DNA of 32,000 nt, from the NCBI RefSeq assembly GCF_003324675.1, contig NZ_CP030918.1, positions 2,490,001 through 2,522,000 on the forward strand, given 5' to 3'. The notes beneath the pieces were generated by a model that had not been told where the DNA came from, made no database searches, and saw only the letters and a list, made by a program, of their open reading frames with translations. Of this stretch, positions 8,290-16,812 are shown piece by piece. Position 1 is the first letter of the stretch, and every line of letters begins with the position of its first letter. Made by a program: the position numbers and the translations under genes. The DNA is from Paracoccus suum (GTDB taxonomy: Bacteria > Pseudomonadota > Alphaproteobacteria > Rhodobacterales > Rhodobacteraceae).

Positions 8290-8634
8290 TCACTCGATGA
8301 CCGGCTCGCCGGTGGTGCCGTTGATCTCGACGGTCGTCTTGCGGCCGCCGGTTCCGAGATATTCGATGTTCCAGGTTCCGTCGCCGCTATCCCATTCGAT
8401 GTCGTCAAACCGCAGGAAACCAGGCTCGCCCTCAATCCCCGACAGAATCTCGGTCAGCTTCTTGCCTTCGGCGGGTGCCTCGGTTGTCGGCTTGTCCGTG
8501 CTCGCGCTCGGCGCGGCCTCGGTGCTCGCGGCGGGCGGTGCTGCGGGTGCATCAGTCGCTGGCGCGGTCTGGGCAAAGGCGGGACCCGCGAGCATTACGG
8601 CGGCAACGGCAGGGATCAGGACAAGACGATACAT
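8290..8634 (-). CDS. Secreted PepSY-domain protein
   Basis: Signal peptide MYRLVLIPAVAAVMLAGPAFAQ, a Pro/Ala/Thr-rich linker, then a PepSY-like C-terminus LTEILSGIEGEPGFLRFDDIEWDSGDGTWNIEYLG...VEINGTTGEPV. GGGAG RBS upstream. Confidence 0.75.
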   Translation of the reverse strand: MYRLVLIPAVAAVMLAGPAFAQTAPATDAPAAPPAASTEAAPSASTDKPTTEAPAEGKKLTEILSGIEGEPGFLRFDDIEWDSGDGTWNIEYLGTGGRKTTVEINGTTGEPVIE

Positions 8635-8774
8635 CGGAAACTCCCGTCAGATGGATGGTTCGCATAGGAACGGGCGGGGCGGGGCGCGGTTCCGCCGACG
8701 CCCGTGCGGCCCTCGCTTGACCCGCGCGGCCCGCCGCCACAGGCTGGCCGCAATCCGTAGGGGGAGCGCGCAAG

Positions 8775-9500
8775 ATGATCCGCATTGGCGTCGGCGGCTG
8801 GAATTTTCCCGAATGGCGCGGTGGCGCCTTTTACCCGGACGGCCTGCGCCAGGCGGACGAGTTGGCCCATATGGCCAGCCGGCTGAACGCGGTCGAGGTG
8901 AACGGGACCTTCTACCGCAGCCAGTCGCCCCAAACCTATCGCGCCTGGGCGGATGCCACGCCAAAGGATTTCAGCTTCGCGCTCAAGGCCCCGCGCTATG
9001 CCACCAATCGCAAGGTGCTGGCCGAGGCCGGGGAAAGCGTCACGCGCTTCACCGAGGGGGGCCTGGCTGAGCTGGGGGACAAGCTGGGTCCGATCAACTG
9101 GCAGCTCGCCCCGACCAAGAAGTTCGAGCGTGACGATTTCGCGCGGTTTCTCGACCTGCTGCCGCAGACTGGTGGCGGGCTGCCGCTGCGCCACGCGGTC
9201 GAGGTCCGGCACGAGAGCTTCCTCGACCCCGCTTTCGCGCCGCTCTGCACCGAGCGGGGGGTGGCCATCATCCTCGACGGGGATAGCACCTATCCGTCGA
9301 TTGACAGCCCGACCGCGGATTTCGCCTACCTGCGGATCATGGGCACGACCGCGGGCGAGGCGCTGGGCTATTCCGAAGCAGCGCTCGACCGCTGGGCCCA
9401 ATACGCGCGCGGGCTGCAAGGGGATGTCTGGATGTTCGTCATCGCCGGCGAAAAGCGGCTGAACCCGCGTGCGGCCGAGGCGCTTAGCGCAAGAATTTAG
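8775..9500 (+). CDS. DUF72 (YecE-like) family protein
   Basis: MIRIGVGGWNFPEWRGGAFYP...LNAVEVNGTFYRSQSPQTYRAWADATPKDFSFALKAPRYATN...: characteristic DUF72 pattern. GGGGGAG RBS upstream. Confidence 0.85.
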   Translation: MIRIGVGGWNFPEWRGGAFYPDGLRQADELAHMASRLNAVEVNGTFYRSQSPQTYRAWADATPKDFSFALKAPRYATNRKVLAEAGESVTRFTEGGLAELGDKLGPINWQLAPTKKFERDDFARFLDLLPQTGGGLPLRHAVEVRHESFLDPAFAPLCTERGVAIILDGDSTYPSIDSPTADFAYLRIMGTTAGEALGYSEAALDRWAQYARGLQGDVWMFVIAGEKRLNPRAAEALSARI

Positions 9501-9934
9501 GCGCGGGGTGCGTCCACGGCTTTCCGGTCGTCGACTTCTCCGGCCGCTGCCGACCACTCGCCGGCGCCGGCGCCGGTGTCCGTGCCGAGGGCGACGGTCG
9601 CCCAGTCGGCGCCGGTGGCGGTTGGCGGCAACTCGCTCCGCGGGGTCGCGCGGTGAATGACGCTCTTGGCGATGAACTGGCAACTGATCGGCGCGGTCAG
9701 CAGCAGGAAGAGGGTGATCAGCAGTTCGTGCCCCCAGGCATCGCCCATGCGGCCGAAGTAGATCATCGAGGCGATCAGCACGCCGCCGACCCCTAGCGTG
9801 GTCGCCTTTGTGGGGGCGTGCAGGCGGGTCATCGTGCTCGGCAGCCGGATCAGCCCCCAGCTGCCGACCAGCCCGAAGATGCCGCCGATCACCAGCAGCG
9901 CGGCAATCAGCAGGTCGGTCAGCCCGGCGATCAT
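9497..9934 (-). CDS. mrpG: Mrp/Pha monovalent cation/H+ antiporter subunit G
   Basis: Real start ATG 9934 (the track ORF extends to 10270 in shadow). MIAGLTDLLIAALLVIGGIFGLVGSWGLIRLPSTMTRLHAPTKATTLG...LLLTAPISCQFIAKS. ATGA overlap with mrpF. The C-terminal tail of about 45 aa is low-complexity Ala/Gly/Thr-rich. Confidence 0.85.
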   Translation of the reverse strand: MIAGLTDLLIAALLVIGGIFGLVGSWGLIRLPSTMTRLHAPTKATTLGVGGVLIASMIYFGRMGDAWGHELLITLFLLLTAPISCQFIAKSVIHRATPRSELPPTATGADWATVALGTDTGAGAGEWSAAAGEVDDRKAVDAPRA

Positions 9935-10212
9935 TCGATCAGATCCCCGCGCAGCATGAAGCGCGAATAGGCGACCGTGCCGACAAAGCCGGTCATGGCG
10001 AACAGCAGCGCGATCTCGAACAGCACGCCGCGGCCGGAGGCGATGCCGGCAAGGACGATCAGCGCGATGGCGTTGACGGTCATGGTGTCGAGCGCCAGTA
10101 CCCTGTCGGGGACGCCCTCGGCACGCATGATACGCCAGGCGTTGAACACGAGGCCGAGGCTGAAGCTGGCAGTGGCGAAATACAGCGCGGCATTGAGCAG
10201 GCCTTGGGTCAT
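9931..10212 (-). CDS. mrpF: Mrp/Pha antiporter subunit F
   Basis: Start ATG 10212, 93 aa: MTQGLLNAALYFATASFSLGLVFNAWRIMRAEGVPDRVLALDTMTVNAIALIVL... ATGA overlaps at both ends. Confidence 0.85.
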   Translation of the reverse strand: MTQGLLNAALYFATASFSLGLVFNAWRIMRAEGVPDRVLALDTMTVNAIALIVLAGIASGRGVLFEIALLFAMTGFVGTVAYSRFMLRGDLIE

Positions 10213-10697
10213 TGCATAAACTCCAGCAGGCGGGCTTCGTAGCGGTTGATGATGTCGTCCCGCACGGCATCGGGGTCCGGCGCGTGCAGGCAGTGGACCA
10301 GCAGGCTGCGTCCGTCGGCCGCCAGGTCGGCGGTCAGAGTGCCGGGGGTCATCGTGATCGTCCCCGACAGGATGATGATCGCTTCGGGGTTGGTCAGGCG
10401 CAACGGCACGGTTACCCAAGCGGGGCGCAGATCGCGCACCGGCATGAACAGCACGATTCGCGCGACCACAACGTTGGCGACGCAGATGTCCCAGAGCACC
10501 AGCATGGCATAGCTCGCAGCGCGGGGCAGGCTGCGGATGCTGAGGCTCTCGGGCCAGAACGGGGCCACGGCGAGGGGGATGATAGCGCCGAGGATGGCGC
10601 CAAAAACGAGCGAGTTGACCGACAGGCTGCCGGCGAGCGCGCACCAGGTTGCGAGGACCAGCAGGCTGAGGCCCGGGTTGGGCAGCCAGCGCCTCAT
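10209..10697 (-). CDS. mrpE: Mrp/Pha antiporter subunit E
   Basis: Start ATG 10697, 162 aa: MRRWLPNPGLSLLVLATWCALAGSLSVNSLVFGAILG...ITMTPGTLTADL. ATGA overlaps at both ends. Confidence 0.85.
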   Translation of the reverse strand: MRRWLPNPGLSLLVLATWCALAGSLSVNSLVFGAILGAIIPLAVAPFWPESLSIRSLPRAASYAMLVLWDICVANVVVARIVLFMPVRDLRPAWVTVPLRLTNPEAIIILSGTITMTPGTLTADLAADGRSLLVHCLHAPDPDAVRDDIINRYEARLLEFMQ

Positions 10698-12160
10698 GAC
10701 AGCACCGCACGGGTCAGGGCGGCCGGGGCGTGCAGCGCCGCCGCTGCTCCGTCCAGCCAGGGCTGGATCACGCCGGCGGCCAGCGTCCAAACCGTCAGTG
10801 CCGCGATCAGCAGGCCGATGGCGACAAAGCCCAGCGGTTGCGCGGGATGTGCGGGCGCCTCGGACGAGTCAGTGGCCCAGAAAATGGTGCTACCGGCGCG
10901 AGCAAAGCCCATGATCGCCAGCAGCGAGGTCGCGAGAATCAGCAGCCACAGGCCCCACTGGTCGGGCAGGGCCTGCAGGATCAGTAGCTTGCCGATGAAG
11001 CCCGACAAGGGCGGCATACCGGCCATGGCGACGGCCGCGGCCATGGTCATCGCTGCCAGAAGGCCGCCCTGCGCCAGCCGCCCCGCCGGGACCAGCCGTA
11101 GCGTCCCGCGGCGCGCCACGATCATGTCGCCCAGCAGGAACAGCACTGCGCCCGCGAGGGTCGAATGGACCAGATAATAGAGGCTGGCGGCGGTTGCCTC
11201 GGGGCGGCCGGCGCTGACGGCCAGAAGCAAAGTGCCGATGGAACCGATCACCGACCAGGTCACCACACGGCCGAAATCGCGCGCCCCGAACAGCCCGACC
11301 ATGCCGGTGATCAGAGTCAGCCCGGCGGCGATCCGCAGCCCCTCGGCCAGCATCGCACCGATGGCGCTGTCGAACGGAAACATCAGCGTCAGGCTGCGCA
11401 GCATGGCGTAGACGCCGACCTTGGTCATGATGGCAAACAGGGCTGCCACTGGGCCCGGTGCATTCTCGTAAGTGGCGGGCAGCCAGAAATGCAGCGGCAC
11501 GACCGCCGCCTTGACGGCAAAGACCAACATCAGCATCACCGCGCCCGCGCGGATCAGCCCGTCATGGGGAACCTCCGCCGCCTTCAACCCGATGTCGGCC
11601 ATGTTGAGCGTCCCGGTCACAGCGTAGACCGTGCCGAGCGCGAACAGGAACAGGGCAGAGCCGGCGAGGTTCACGACCACATACTGCACGCCCGCCTTGA
11701 CCCGCGCAGCGCCGCCGCCATGGACCATCAGGCCGTAGGATGCGATCAGCATCACCTCGAAGAAGACGAACAGGTTGAAGGCGTCGCCCGTAACGAAGGC
11801 GCCGTTCAGTCCCATCATCTGGAACATCAGCAGCGAGTGGAAATGCGCCCCGCGCTTGTCCCAGCCGGTGCCGACAGCATAAAGCGCGACGGCCAGCCCC
11901 AGCAGCGCGTTCAGCGCCAGCAACATCGCGGCCAGCCGGTCGATCTGCAGCACGATGCCGAACGGGGCGGGCCAGTCACCCAGGCGATAGACCAGCGGCG
12001 GTGGCTGCATCAACAGCAGCACGGCGACCGTGCCGAGTAGGATCATCGTCGCGATGGAGAATGTGCGCTTGCCCGGCAGATCGGCACGCATCGCCAGCAG
12101 CATCAGGGCACCGGAGACGGCCGGCAGCACGATCGGGACGACAGGCAGGTGCTGGATCAT
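10694..12160 (-). CDS. mrpD: Mrp/Pha antiporter subunit D (NuoN/ND2-like)
   Basis: Start ATG 12160, 488 aa: MIQHLPVVPIVLPAVSGALMLLA...FNLFVFFEVMLIASYGLM...PLHFWLPATYENAPGPVAALFA. ATGA overlaps with mrpC and mrpE. Confidence 0.9.
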   Translation of the reverse strand: MIQHLPVVPIVLPAVSGALMLLAMRADLPGKRTFSIATMILLGTVAVLLLMQPPPLVYRLGDWPAPFGIVLQIDRLAAMLLALNALLGLAVALYAVGTGWDKRGAHFHSLLMFQMMGLNGAFVTGDAFNLFVFFEVMLIASYGLMVHGGGAARVKAGVQYVVVNLAGSALFLFALGTVYAVTGTLNMADIGLKAAEVPHDGLIRAGAVMLMLVFAVKAAVVPLHFWLPATYENAPGPVAALFAIMTKVGVYAMLRSLTLMFPFDSAIGAMLAEGLRIAAGLTLITGMVGLFGARDFGRVVTWSVIGSIGTLLLAVSAGRPEATAASLYYLVHSTLAGAVLFLLGDMIVARRGTLRLVPAGRLAQGGLLAAMTMAAAVAMAGMPPLSGFIGKLLILQALPDQWGLWLLILATSLLAIMGFARAGSTIFWATDSSEAPAHPAQPLGFVAIGLLIAALTVWTLAAGVIQPWLDGAAAALHAPAALTRAVLS

Positions 12161-12531
12161 GCGCGCCCCTCGGGCTGGGGGGCTTCTGCGGCGGGTTCCG
12201 CCTCGTCCAGATCGACGCGATCGCTGCCCGATTGGAACCAAGCGCCAAGCGACATCATCACGACCACTGCGGTCATGCCAAAGCTGATGACGATGGCCGT
12301 CAGCACCAGCGCCTGCGGCAGCGGGTCGGTCATCGGGCCGGGGCCGGCCACCTTGCCTTCGAGCAGGGGCGGCGCACCGACGACCAGCCCGCCCGTCGCG
12401 AACAGAAACACGTTCACTGCATAGCTGAGCATGGTCATGCCAAGGATCACCGGAAACACCCGGCGGCGCAGGACCAAGTAGACGGCGACTGCAGTGAACC
12501 AGCCAATGGCGGTGGCGAGCAGGATTTCCAT
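12157..12531 (-). CDS. mrpC: Mrp/Pha antiporter subunit C (NuoK-like)
   Basis: 124 aa: MEILLATAIGWFTAVAVYLVLRRRVFPVILGMTMLSYAVNVFLFATGG...PLPQALVLTAIVISFGMTA. Confidence 0.9.
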   Translation of the reverse strand: MEILLATAIGWFTAVAVYLVLRRRVFPVILGMTMLSYAVNVFLFATGGLVVGAPPLLEGKVAGPGPMTDPLPQALVLTAIVISFGMTAVVVMMSLGAWFQSGSDRVDLDEAEPAAEAPQPEGRA

Positions 12532-12534
12532 GGC

Positions 12535-15321
12535 CTAAACCTCCGGCTCGTCACTGCGGGCGGCAACGCCCAGGCGCGACAGCGAGGCGAGGGCCAGCAT
12601 GACCGCGCCCAGAACGGTCACGAAGACACCCAGATCGAACAGGGCGGCCGTCGCCAGTTCGATAGGCTCGAACCCCGGCAAGGTGACGTAGCCGAAGGCC
12701 GAGGTCATGAAGGGCTTGCCGTTCGCCCAGGCGCCGATGCCGGTCGCGGCGGCAATCGCCACGCCGGCGCCGATCAGCGTGTGATAGGGAATCCGCACGC
12801 GCTCCTGCGCCCAGCCAAAGCCCGAAGCCATGTATTGCATGACGAGGCCGATGGAGACGACGAGGCCCGCGACAAAGCCGCCGCCCGGCGCGTTGTGGCC
12901 GCGCAGGAAGATGAACATCGCGACGACCAGCGCCAGCGGCAGCATCAGGCGCGATCCGACGATCATCATCAGCGGGTGGCGATCCCCGGCGCGCAACTGG
13001 TCGGCGCTTGCGGCAATCACCTGGCGGATATGGGCGCGTCCCAGCAGCGATTGCGCCAGCGCATAGATCACGAGGGCGGCGATGCCGAGGACGGTGATCT
13101 CGCCAAAGGTGTCATAGCCGCGGAAATCGACCAGGATCACGTTGACGATGTTGTGCCCGCCGCCGCCCAGATAGCTGTTCTGCGCGTGAAACTCCGAGAT
13201 CGTGGGAAAGGCGAAATCGCGCCGCATCAGCGCGTAGATGAGTGCGGTCATGCCAAGGCCCGCAGCCCCGGCCAGCACCATGTCGGCACGCCGCCGCGGC
13301 CCGCTGTCCTCGACGGGGTCGGTGTTGGGCAAGAAGTTCAACGCCAGCAGCATCAGAACGATCGTCACGACCTCGACCGAGATTTGGGTCAGGGCGAGGT
13401 CGGGCGCAGACAGCCAGGCAAAACCCAGCGAGACCATCAGCCCGACGATGCCGATCATGACCAGCGCCAACAGGCGATCGCGGTGCAGGGCAGCCAAGGC
13501 GGCGGTTGCCAGCATCGCGAGGCCCCAGCCGATCAGCGCCGCCGGTGCCACCGGGGTCAGCGCACGCACCTGTGGGCCGAGGCCCGAGCCGGCGAGCGCC
13601 GCCGCCAGCGTCAGCGCCAGAGCCAGCCCGACGAGCACTGCCAGTGCGCGGGCCATGCTGCCATTCTGCAGCGCCTCGCCGAAGCGGGCTGCCGCGCCCT
13701 CGGCCGCAGGGATGACACGCCAGAACAGGCGCTCGGCATCGGGGACCGGCAACGGGCCGCGCGGGACCGGGCCGCCGATCACCGCCAGCAGCGCGAAGGC
13801 CCCCAGCAGGGCAATCGCCGAGAGGGCCAGCGCCGGGGTCAGTCCGTGCCAGACGGCCAGATGCACGTGCACCGGGCTGTCGGTGACTGCGCCGGCCGCC
13901 AGATCGACCGCGGGCGCGGCCAGCATCGGCTGCAGGCCGACCGCGACCGCGCCGATGACCAGCAGCGCCGGCGCCAACCAAAGACCGACCCCCGGCGCAT
14001 GGGCGTGCGCCGCCCCGTCCGAGCGGGGCCGACCGAGGAAGGTGCCCCAGACAAAGCGGAAGCTGTAGGCCGCCGACAGCAGCGCCGCGACCAGCGCCAG
14101 CACCGTAAAGACAGGCCCGCGCGCCATCACGGCCTCGAGCATCAACTCTTTCGACAGGAACCCGCCCAGCAGCGGCACACCCGCCATGGACAGGGAGGCA
14201 AGCAAGGCCAGCACGAAGGTCAGCGGCATGATCCGCCAAAGGCCGCCCAGCCGGCGCAAATCGCGGGTGTGGGCGGCGTGATCGACGATGCCGGCGATCA
14301 TGAACAGCGGCGCCTTGAACAGGGCGTGGTTTAGGATATGCAGCATTGCCGCCTCGGCCGCCGGCTGGGTGCCAAGGCCCAGCAGCATGGTGATGAGGCC
14401 GAGGTGGCTGACCGTGGACCAGGCGAGCAGACCCTTGAGGTCGGTCTCGCCCAGCGCGAATGCGGCGCCGGCCACCATGGTGATCAGCCCGACGACCGGC
14501 ACGATGGCTTGCCATTCAGGCATGGGCGCGAACACCGGCCACAGGCGCGCCATCAGGAACAGCCCGGCTTTGACCATTGTGGCGCTGTGCAGATAGGCGC
14601 TGACCGGGGTAGGGGCGGCCATCGCGCGCGGCAGCCAGAAATGGAACGGCACCTGCGCCGACTTGGCAAAGGCGCCGGTCAGGATCAGCAGCATGGCCGG
14701 GAGCCGCAGGGACGAGGCCATGACCAGATCGCGCGCGGCGAGGATGCCGGTGATCTGGTAGCTGCCGGCGATGCGCCCGAGGATCAGCATGCCCGCGATC
14801 ATCGCAAGGCCCCCCGCGGCGGTGACCGCCAGCGCCATCCGTGCCCCGCGCCGCGCCTGCTGGTCGTGCCCCCAGTAGCCGATCAGCAGGAAGGACGAGA
14901 GTGACGTCAGTTCCCAGAAAATCAACAAAAGCAGTATGTTGTCCGACAGGACGAGGCCCGTCATCGCGCCCTGAAAAAGCAGCAGGAAGGTAAAGAACCG
15001 TCCCGCCCCGTCCTCGCGCGACAGGTAGAACCGGGCGTAAAGGGTGATTAGCAGCCCGATCCCGAGGATCATGATCGCGAAGAACGCCGACAGCCCGTCG
15101 AGGCGAAAGCTCGCCTCCAGCCCGATCTGCGGCAGCCACGCAACATGTTGCAGAATCACCTCGCCGCGCATCAGGGCGGGCAGATGCAGCATGACGCCGA
15201 GCATGGCGAGGCCGGTCGGCAGGGCCGTGGCCCAAGTCGCGGCATCACGCCCTGACCGCACCATCAGTCCCGGAAAAAGGGCCCCGAGGAACGGAAGAAG
15301 CGCGATCAGCAACGGCTGCAT
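12535..15321 (-). CDS. mrpA: Fused Mrp/Pha antiporter subunits A+B (NuoL-like, group-2 PhaAB type)
   Basis: Track ORF 12535-15603 reads through a tRNA gene. The real start, ATG 15321, gives 928 aa: MQPLLIALLPFLGALFPGLMVRSG...WELTSLSSFLLIGYW...VSAYLHSATMVKAGLFL... The MrpB-like C-terminal half follows (...LTQISVEVVTIVLMLLAL...). Confidence 0.9.
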   Translation of the reverse strand: MQPLLIALLPFLGALFPGLMVRSGRDAATWATALPTGLAMLGVMLHLPALMRGEVILQHVAWLPQIGLEASFRLDGLSAFFAIMILGIGLLITLYARFYLSREDGAGRFFTFLLLFQGAMTGLVLSDNILLLLIFWELTSLSSFLLIGYWGHDQQARRGARMALAVTAAGGLAMIAGMLILGRIAGSYQITGILAARDLVMASSLRLPAMLLILTGAFAKSAQVPFHFWLPRAMAAPTPVSAYLHSATMVKAGLFLMARLWPVFAPMPEWQAIVPVVGLITMVAGAAFALGETDLKGLLAWSTVSHLGLITMLLGLGTQPAAEAAMLHILNHALFKAPLFMIAGIVDHAAHTRDLRRLGGLWRIMPLTFVLALLASLSMAGVPLLGGFLSKELMLEAVMARGPVFTVLALVAALLSAAYSFRFVWGTFLGRPRSDGAAHAHAPGVGLWLAPALLVIGAVAVGLQPMLAAPAVDLAAGAVTDSPVHVHLAVWHGLTPALALSAIALLGAFALLAVIGGPVPRGPLPVPDAERLFWRVIPAAEGAAARFGEALQNGSMARALAVLVGLALALTLAAALAGSGLGPQVRALTPVAPAALIGWGLAMLATAALAALHRDRLLALVMIGIVGLMVSLGFAWLSAPDLALTQISVEVVTIVLMLLALNFLPNTDPVEDSGPRRRADMVLAGAAGLGMTALIYALMRRDFAFPTISEFHAQNSYLGGGGHNIVNVILVDFRGYDTFGEITVLGIAALVIYALAQSLLGRAHIRQVIAASADQLRAGDRHPLMMIVGSRLMLPLALVVAMFIFLRGHNAPGGGFVAGLVVSIGLVMQYMASGFGWAQERVRIPYHTLIGAGVAIAAATGIGAWANGKPFMTSAFGYVTLPGFEPIELATAALFDLGVFVTVLGAVMLALASLSRLGVAARSDEPEV

Positions 15322-15442
15322 GTGTCGGTTCGCCCCCCACGGCATTTGACCCGGCGGCCCTATCTGAAGGGCGCGCGCCCGTTTGTGAACCCCAAACCGG
15401 CGCGATGAGTCAGCGGGATCAACGGGAAACGTGGGTGCGGGA

Positions 15443-15518
15443 TGGTGGGCGGTGAGGGACTCGAACCCCCGACATCCTCGGTGTAAACGAGGCGCTCTAC
15501 CAACTGAGCTAACCGCCC
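15443..15518 (-). tRNA. tRNA-Val (anticodon TAC), CCA encoded
   Basis: Reverse complement: GGGCGGT TA GCTC AGTTGGTA GAGC G CCTCG TTTACAC CGAGG ATGTC GGGGG TTCGAGT CCCTC ACCGCCC A CCA. 76 nt cloverleaf. Confidence 0.95.
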
Positions 15519-15526
15519 GCCGGGGC

Positions 15527-15555
15527 CTTATGCGGTGCGGCGAGCCGCAGGGCAA
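15527..15555 (-). promoter_or_regulatory. Candidate sigma-70-type promoter of tRNA-Val(TAC)
   Basis: Minus strand: TTGCCC-N17-CATAAG, with the -10 ending 8 nt before the mature tRNA 5' end. The same architecture occurs at the other stable-RNA genes in the window. Confidence 0.35.
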
Positions 15556-15663
15556 GCGGGGGAACGACGTCGCGTCATACAGCCCGGGTGATGCGCTGCG
15601 CACGCCGGTTGACAGGTGGGGCAGGGCGGACGACCCTCGCCGACCAATTGGCCGGAGGCACCA

Positions 15664-16689
15664 GTGACTCGCAACAACTTCCCGACCCTTGTGCGAATTG
15701 CGGCGTTGTCGCTCGCCGTCTCCGTGGCGCCCGCGGGGTCCCAGCAGCCGGTCGCCCCGGAGGCTGGCGCTCCGGCGCCGACCGCCGCAGAACCGACTTC
15801 CGCCGGCGCACCCGCCCAGGTACCGGCCCGTCCGGCACCCGATCCGACGCCGCGCATCGCGATCGTCTCGGCCTTTGCGCCGGAATGGCCGCTGCTGAAG
15901 TCGGCGATCACCGATCCGGCGGAGGTGCGCATCAACGGCACGACCTTCGTGACGGGCACACTAGGCGGCAAGCCGGTGGTCCTGTTTCTGTCTGGCGTGT
16001 CGATGGTCAACGCGGCGATGACGATGCAACTGGCGCTCGACCAGTTCGCCATCCGTGCAATCGCCTTTTCCGGCATCGCAGGCGGCGTCGATCCCGCGCT
16101 GCACATCGGCGACGTGGTCGTGGCCGACCGCTGGGGCCAGTATCTCGAGGCGGTCTTCGCGCGCGAGACGGAGGGCAAGTTCGCCATCCCCGGATGGATG
16201 CCCCCGGCCGAGTTCGGCAACTACGGCATGATCTTCCCGAACGCGGTCGAGGTGGCATCGAATCGCACGGCCGAGCCGCAGCGCCAATTCTGGTTCGCCG
16301 CCGACCCCGCCTTGCTGGAGGTCGCGCGCAAGGTCTCGGACAAGGGGTTGCTCGCTGCTTGCGACGCGGAAAAGCAATGCCTCAGTCATCCGCCGCAGGT
16401 GGTGGTCGGCGGCAGCGGCGTCTCGGGCGCGGCTTTCGTCGACAACAAGGCCTTCCGCGAATGGGTGTTCGCCACCTTTACTGCCCGGGTCCTCGACATG
16501 GAGAGCGCGGCCGTCGCCCATGTGGCCTATGCCAACGAGGTGCCGTTCATCGCTTTCCGCTCGCTCAGCGACCTGGCGGGCGGCGGCGAGGGCGAGAACG
16601 AGATGAAAACCTTCATGGCACTCGCCGCCGCCAACTCGGCCGCGGTAGTCGAGGCCTTTGTCGCCGAATTGCCCGCTCTGACGCCCTGA
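15664..16689 (+). CDS. PNP_UDP_1 (MTA/SAH-nucleosidase-like) family protein with predicted signal peptide and Pro/Ala-rich linker
   Basis: GTG 15664 lies 5 nt after GGAGG (15654-15658). VTRNNFPTLVRIAALSLAVSVAPAGS (Sec-like signal), then about 45 aa rich in P/A, then RIAIVSAFAPEW...GVSMVNAAMTM...FSGIAGGVDP...LDMESAAVAHVAYANEVPFIAFRSLSDLAGGG (nucleoside phosphorylase/nucleosidase fold motifs). Confidence 0.75.
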   Translation: MTRNNFPTLVRIAALSLAVSVAPAGSQQPVAPEAGAPAPTAAEPTSAGAPAQVPARPAPDPTPRIAIVSAFAPEWPLLKSAITDPAEVRINGTTFVTGTLGGKPVVLFLSGVSMVNAAMTMQLALDQFAIRAIAFSGIAGGVDPALHIGDVVVADRWGQYLEAVFARETEGKFAIPGWMPPAEFGNYGMIFPNAVEVASNRTAEPQRQFWFAADPALLEVARKVSDKGLLAACDAEKQCLSHPPQVVVGGSGVSGAAFVDNKAFREWVFATFTARVLDMESAAVAHVAYANEVPFIAFRSLSDLAGGGEGENEMKTFMALAAANSAAVVEAFVAELPALTP

Positions 16690-16768
16690 GCCTGCAACCC
16701 ATGCGGTGCGAGGCGCACACCGGCGCATGATTGCCGCAGGTTTTGGCCGGTGCTAGCGTGACGCCAAG

Positions 16769-16789
16769 CCGGGCCGGTAAATGGCCCGG
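16769..16789 (+). terminator. Hairpin downstream of the nucleosidase-like gene (weak terminator candidate)
   Basis: CCGGGCC-ggtaaat-GGCCCGG, a perfect 7-bp stem 80 nt after the stop at 16689. No U-tract. Confidence 0.3.
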
Positions 16790-16812
16790 AACGATCCCGG
16801 AACACCGGGCCA

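Noticed and set aside
12001-14334. 777-aa plus-strand ORF (and minus-strand alternative-frame ORF 13112-14515)
   Set aside because: They are antisense or out of frame relative to mrpD/mrpA, whose translations are unmistakable NuoL/N-like membrane proteins. The shadow translations are Arg/Gln/Asp/Gly-rich with no hydrophobic segments.
15369-15380. 12-nt perfect GC palindrome GGGCGCGCGCCC between tRNA-Val(TAC) and mrpA
   Set aside because: It could form only a 4-bp stem with a 4-nt loop, and no U-tract follows on the minus strand. That is insufficient to call a terminator or operator.
15322-15603. N-terminal 94 codons of track ORF 12535-15603
   Set aside because: This extension translates straight through tRNA-Val(TAC), giving the tell-tale SSVGRAPRLHRGCRGFESLTAHH peptide. 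The MrpA homology begins at MQPLLIALLPFLG (ATG 15321).
16789-16803. GAAC-N7-GAAC (alphaproteobacterial LexA-box pattern) upstream of lon
   Set aside because: The motif fixes only eight positions, and about one chance occurrence is expected in 64 kb of two-strand sequence at this base composition. I also do not know lon to be an SOS gene. It is kept only as a note within the lon-upstream finding.
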